Shown here one piece after another: positions 60,855 through 64,000 of a stretch of DNA of 64,000 nt; position 1 is the stretch's first letter, and every line of letters begins with the position of its first letter. A program made the position numbers and the translations under genes. The stretch spans positions 2,904,259 to 2,968,258 of the forward strand of contig CM082591.2 of the NCBI GenBank assembly GCA_040954595.2, read 5' to 3'. The notes under the pieces were generated by a model. That model ran no database searches and had not been told where the DNA came from. It saw only the letters and a list, made by a program, of their open reading frames with translations. This DNA comes from Balanoglossus misakiensis. Taxonomy: Eukaryota > Animalia > Hemichordata.

Positions 60855-63800
60855 TTACTGAAAATCTACCTGTACACTGCGATCTGATTTCCTTCCTTTC
60901 ATGTTCAACTGAGAATCTAATTTGGTTTCGTGCACAGATTTAGGAATGGAATTTAGAATCTCTTTGATGAGTGTTTGGGTACAGGTGGCAAGGAACAAAT
61001 GTGGTCCAGGAACGACCACTTTCTTGAACTTTGCCGTCTTCACAATTTCTCTTTTCCAGCCATCGACCATGTCTGGTCTCACATAGTCATCTTTCTTGCC
61101 AGCAAAGACAGTTAGATTGCAAGGTAGCTGCGTGGCTTTATGGTTATGATATGATCTGCATATATCCAATCCAGCTTGAATGCACGGCAAAAGCCTGGCC
61201 ATGACGGCTGGATTGTTGAGAACACTCTCCTCAATAAACCTGAACTCTGCTCCATACTCTTTGAGTGCGAGTGGTACATTGGTGCTTGTGCGCAGTACAG
61301 ACATAGGGACGTTGTAGTCATTTGGGTAGGGGTAGGGCATAGAGGGGGCATACCACCCACCAATGTAAAGATGTGACGGACACAGACCATATTTCTCTAG
61401 CAGATAATGAGCCACCTCAAAGGCGATCAGTCCACCCATACTATGCCCATAGAAGGAGGCCTTCCCTTGCTCCAGCATTGACTTCAGTTCCTCCCCAAGC
61501 ATGCGTACTAAGTCTCGCAGGTGGCCGATTGGTTGTTCCTTTTCACGCCCTTCCCAACCCGGCAGCTGTGTCACAACTGTCTGCACCCCTTGTTCGTTTA
61601 AGAACCCATGCCAATTTTGGTACAACGTCAACCCACCTCCATTAGGAGGAAAGAGTATCAGCTGACCAACATTACTTTCGTTGGAGCCTTTCACCACTAG
61701 TAGTGATGGACCTTGCTTTTCAGAACTATGCATCTCAATGTTCGGGCGACCTTGCCCCTTTCCGATCACTTTTCTATAAACCAGTTCACTGAGGACGGCG
61801 ATGGTGACTTGGTCATTGAGTAGTTCGACTGGCAGAATCAAGGCATCGAAGCGCTCTTCTATAATGGAGCTGAACTCTGGGGCCTTCTGGGAAGTTACTC
61901 CCAGAAAGAAAAGCGACGCACTTCTGGCAATATCATCGTCTATTCCTAACATCACTTTCAAGGAATGACATAACTCTTCCTCGATGATAGCGAGTGCTTT
62001 TGCTGGCTCTTCCGCCCGTAGCCTGTTTGCCAACGTGTCATCCTGCGAGTACAGGTACCTGTCCCTCATGGTGAAGAGGGCCTTGAAGACAGAAAATCTC
62101 CCTTCTCCCTTTCGAAGATGCTGTATGAAAAGATGCTTATTTTTATTGAAGTATTTATCTTTTGTATACGTTGATGTAAGACCAAGTGATGGGCAATCAG
62201 CCGTTAACATTGTACCAAGTACCTTCAGAAGTTGTGAAGGAGATACACTCTTAAGCCCTTTGTCCTCCCATAGTTTCACATAGCCCTCCCTTGCAGCAAA
62301 TCCAGTGCTGTTTATCACTCCACCGTACAGCACTGTTGCAGGGAGACCCTGACTTCTTCGCAGCTGGCCTAAGCTGGCTAGAAATGCATTTGATGAGCAG
62401 TAGCTAGCTTGGCCTGTATTACCAAGGAGGGCCACGATGGAGGACAGCAACACAAAGTACTTGATGGGGAACTGCATCTGCACTGTTAACTTATGGAGCA
62501 CCAGGGCACCATAGGCCTTAACAGCCATCACTCTATTCCACATGTCAGCTGTTACGGTTTGCAACAAGCTGTCCGCATACACTACTGCACAGTGGAATAT
62601 GCCTTCCACCTGAGGTATGTTATCATCAAGCTTGATATCAGTCAATGCCTTTCCAATCTGGTCGTAGCTTGAGACATCAACTGCCATTATCTCGATACAT
62701 ACACCAGTGCTTCTCAGCTTTGCGAATTTCTGTTGGATTTCTTCTTCCGGGTGCTTGCTTCGGGAAAATATGATAACATACTTCGCTCCACACCTGACAA
62801 GCCATTCTACAATCTCAGCACCAAATCCTCTGGACCCACCAGTCACAATATAAGATGACTTCCCATCCAAGTGAAAATCGGTATCTTCGAAGTCGAGTGG
62901 TACGGAGAACACTTCATCATCTACAGTGACAACTTCCCCAGTAACTGTGTTATGCCTTTGTGTTGACAGTTCAGACAGATGAACATTACTGCAGAGTTTC
63001 TTCAGAAGCTGGTGGGTCTCATCTGATGACGACAGAGTTTCAAATAGTGCCTTTGCTTTCTGTTGGAAGAAATTTGATGAGACAACATTGTCTACGATAG
63101 TGTGCACATGTGTGACAACTACATTGGCGAGTGGAGGCAATGTAGCCCTGATTTTCTCGTCAATCATCTTGTTCTTCTGAAAGATTATCGTCCCCATTGG
63201 TCTTAGACTGGAACAAAGATCCTGTATTTGACTCGTCTTAAGGACTGCACCATCAGTGAATATGATAGTGTCATATTCATCAGGAAACTGGTTTGTAGGG
63301 CTTGATCTTTCACTGTCAGTATGATAGTCACTGGTTGATATGGTGTCACCTCCTTTCGGATCAAGGACAAGAGATTTAACTGACCATCCAAGGGACCTGG
63401 CCAAACTTGCAAGTACTGCACCCTCGACATCGCTTGTGTCATTTTGATATATCAGCAACCCACTGCCACCATCTGGAGATGTGGCTGTCATGTTTACAAA
63501 GGGAAGCAGCAGGTGGACAGTAGCTGTCAAAGCTTCACTCGCTGAAATTGGTTCAGGTATTTTACAGAGGAAATTAGCATCCACGGATTTTGTTGATGTT
63601 AGGTTTCCAGTATTGACTCCCATTACCATATCACCCGCTTGCAGTGTCTCCAACACTGCATCCCCGTCACGAACACTTCCACAGTAGAAGACCTTCAAAC
63701 TATTGGGACCATCATCTGTGTTATTTTCATCTACAATGGGCATGTAGCATGTCACATCGATCTGTACTTTCCCTGCAGACCTATTTTCATCTTGGATGTT

Positions 63801-64000
63801 CTCCTGTCTTTTGATCATCCATGATGAGTCCTTATTGTCTGTAAGCATCCAGGATTTTGTCTGGATAGTCCCATGGAAAAGTGTCTGTGGTTTTACCAAG
63901 ACACGTGGGGAGTAGATATCAAAAGACTCGCCATCTTCTGCACAGGGTCTCAGAGCTACATGGTTCTCATAAAGTGGGGGGTTCTTTAGGACATTAAAGA
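60855..64000 (-). CDS. Type I polyketide synthase / FAS-like PKS, C-terminal part (structural KR end, degenerate ER, KR, ACP, TE); 5' part outside the window
   Basis: The frame stays open to the window edge (..ENHVALR..IYSPRV..). KR motifs: YIVTGGSRGFG, GIFHCAVVYAD, KAYG, SSIVALLGNTGQASYCSSN. ACP: LFFLGVTSQ. TE: FPPNGGG..Y..W, QLPGWEGRE, GHSMG, GKKDD, GPHLF. No introns in more than 3.1 kb. Confidence 0.93.
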   Translation of the reverse strand, partial: FNVLKNPPLYENHVALRPCAEDGESFDIYSPRVLVKPQTLFHGTIQTKSWMLTDNKDSSWMIKRQENIQDENRSAGKVQIDVTCYMPIVDENNTDDGPNSLKVFYCGSVRDGDAVLETLQAGDMVMGVNTGNLTSTKSVDANFLCKIPEPISASEALTATVHLLLPFVNMTATSPDGGSGLLIYQNDTSDVEGAVLASLARSLGWSVKSLVLDPKGGDTISTSDYHTDSERSSPTNQFPDEYDTIIFTDGAVLKTSQIQDLCSSLRPMGTIIFQKNKMIDEKIRATLPPLANVVVTHVHTIVDNVVSSNFFQQKAKALFETLSSSDETHQLLKKLCSNVHLSELSTQRHNTVTGEVVTVDDEVFSVPLDFEDTDFHLDGKSSYIVTGGSRGFGAEIVEWLVRCGAKYVIIFSRSKHPEEEIQQKFAKLRSTGVCIEIMAVDVSSYDQIGKALTDIKLDDNIPQVEGIFHCAVVYADSLLQTVTADMWNRVMAVKAYGALVLHKLTVQMQFPIKYFVLLSSIVALLGNTGQASYCSSNAFLASLGQLRRSQGLPATVLYGGVINSTGFAAREGYVKLWEDKGLKSVSPSQLLKVLGTMLTADCPSLGLTSTYTKDKYFNKNKHLFIQHLRKGEGRFSVFKALFTMRDRYLYSQDDTLANRLRAEEPAKALAIIEEELCHSLKVMLGIDDDIARSASLFFLGVTSQKAPEFSSIIEERFDALILPVELLNDQVTIAVLSELVYRKVIGKGQGRPNIEMHSSEKQGPSLLVVKGSNESNVGQLILFPPNGGGLTLYQNWHGFLNEQGVQTVVTQLPGWEGREKEQPIGHLRDLVRMLGEELKSMLEQGKASFYGHSMGGLIAFEVAHYLLEKYGLCPSHLYIGGWYAPSMPYPYPNDYNVPMSVLRTSTNVPLALKEYGAEFRFIEESVLNNPAVMARLLPCIQAGLDICRSYHNHKATQLPCNLTVFAGKKDDYVRPDMVDGWKREIVKTAKFKKVVVPGPHLFLATCTQTLIKEILNSIPKSVHETKLDSQLNMKGRKSDRSVQVDFQ

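Overview
Eukaryotic (animal, probably marine invertebrate; taxon is inference) genomic DNA with two very different parts. (1) Positions 1-20865 are an 88-bp tandem satellite (~236 monomers). It flips orientation at ~14274-14277 across a 4-bp GACA microhomology, shows 5-mer and 17-mer higher-order repeats, and ends in a 160-bp imperfect hairpin. (2) Positions 20.9-64 kb hold six intron-exon genes, all on the minus strand. Three are tandem GH9 endoglucanase (cellulase-family) paralogues with an unusual architecture: cytoplasmic tail, single TM helix, stalk, EGF-like module, then GH9. Two are type II membrane M1 aminopeptidases, one of which carries a frameshift. The last is the intronless 3' part of a type I PKS/FAS-like gene (degenerate ER, KR, ACP, TEII-like TE). 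There is also a Kolobok-like MITE, small repeats and microsatellites. The best candidate for an undescribed system is the family of membrane-anchored EGF-GH9 enzymes; two of them carry a conserved cytoplasmic (R/K)KIAWSP motif, and they sit beside membrane aminopeptidases and a PKS. All gene models were spliced by eye and no database search was possible.
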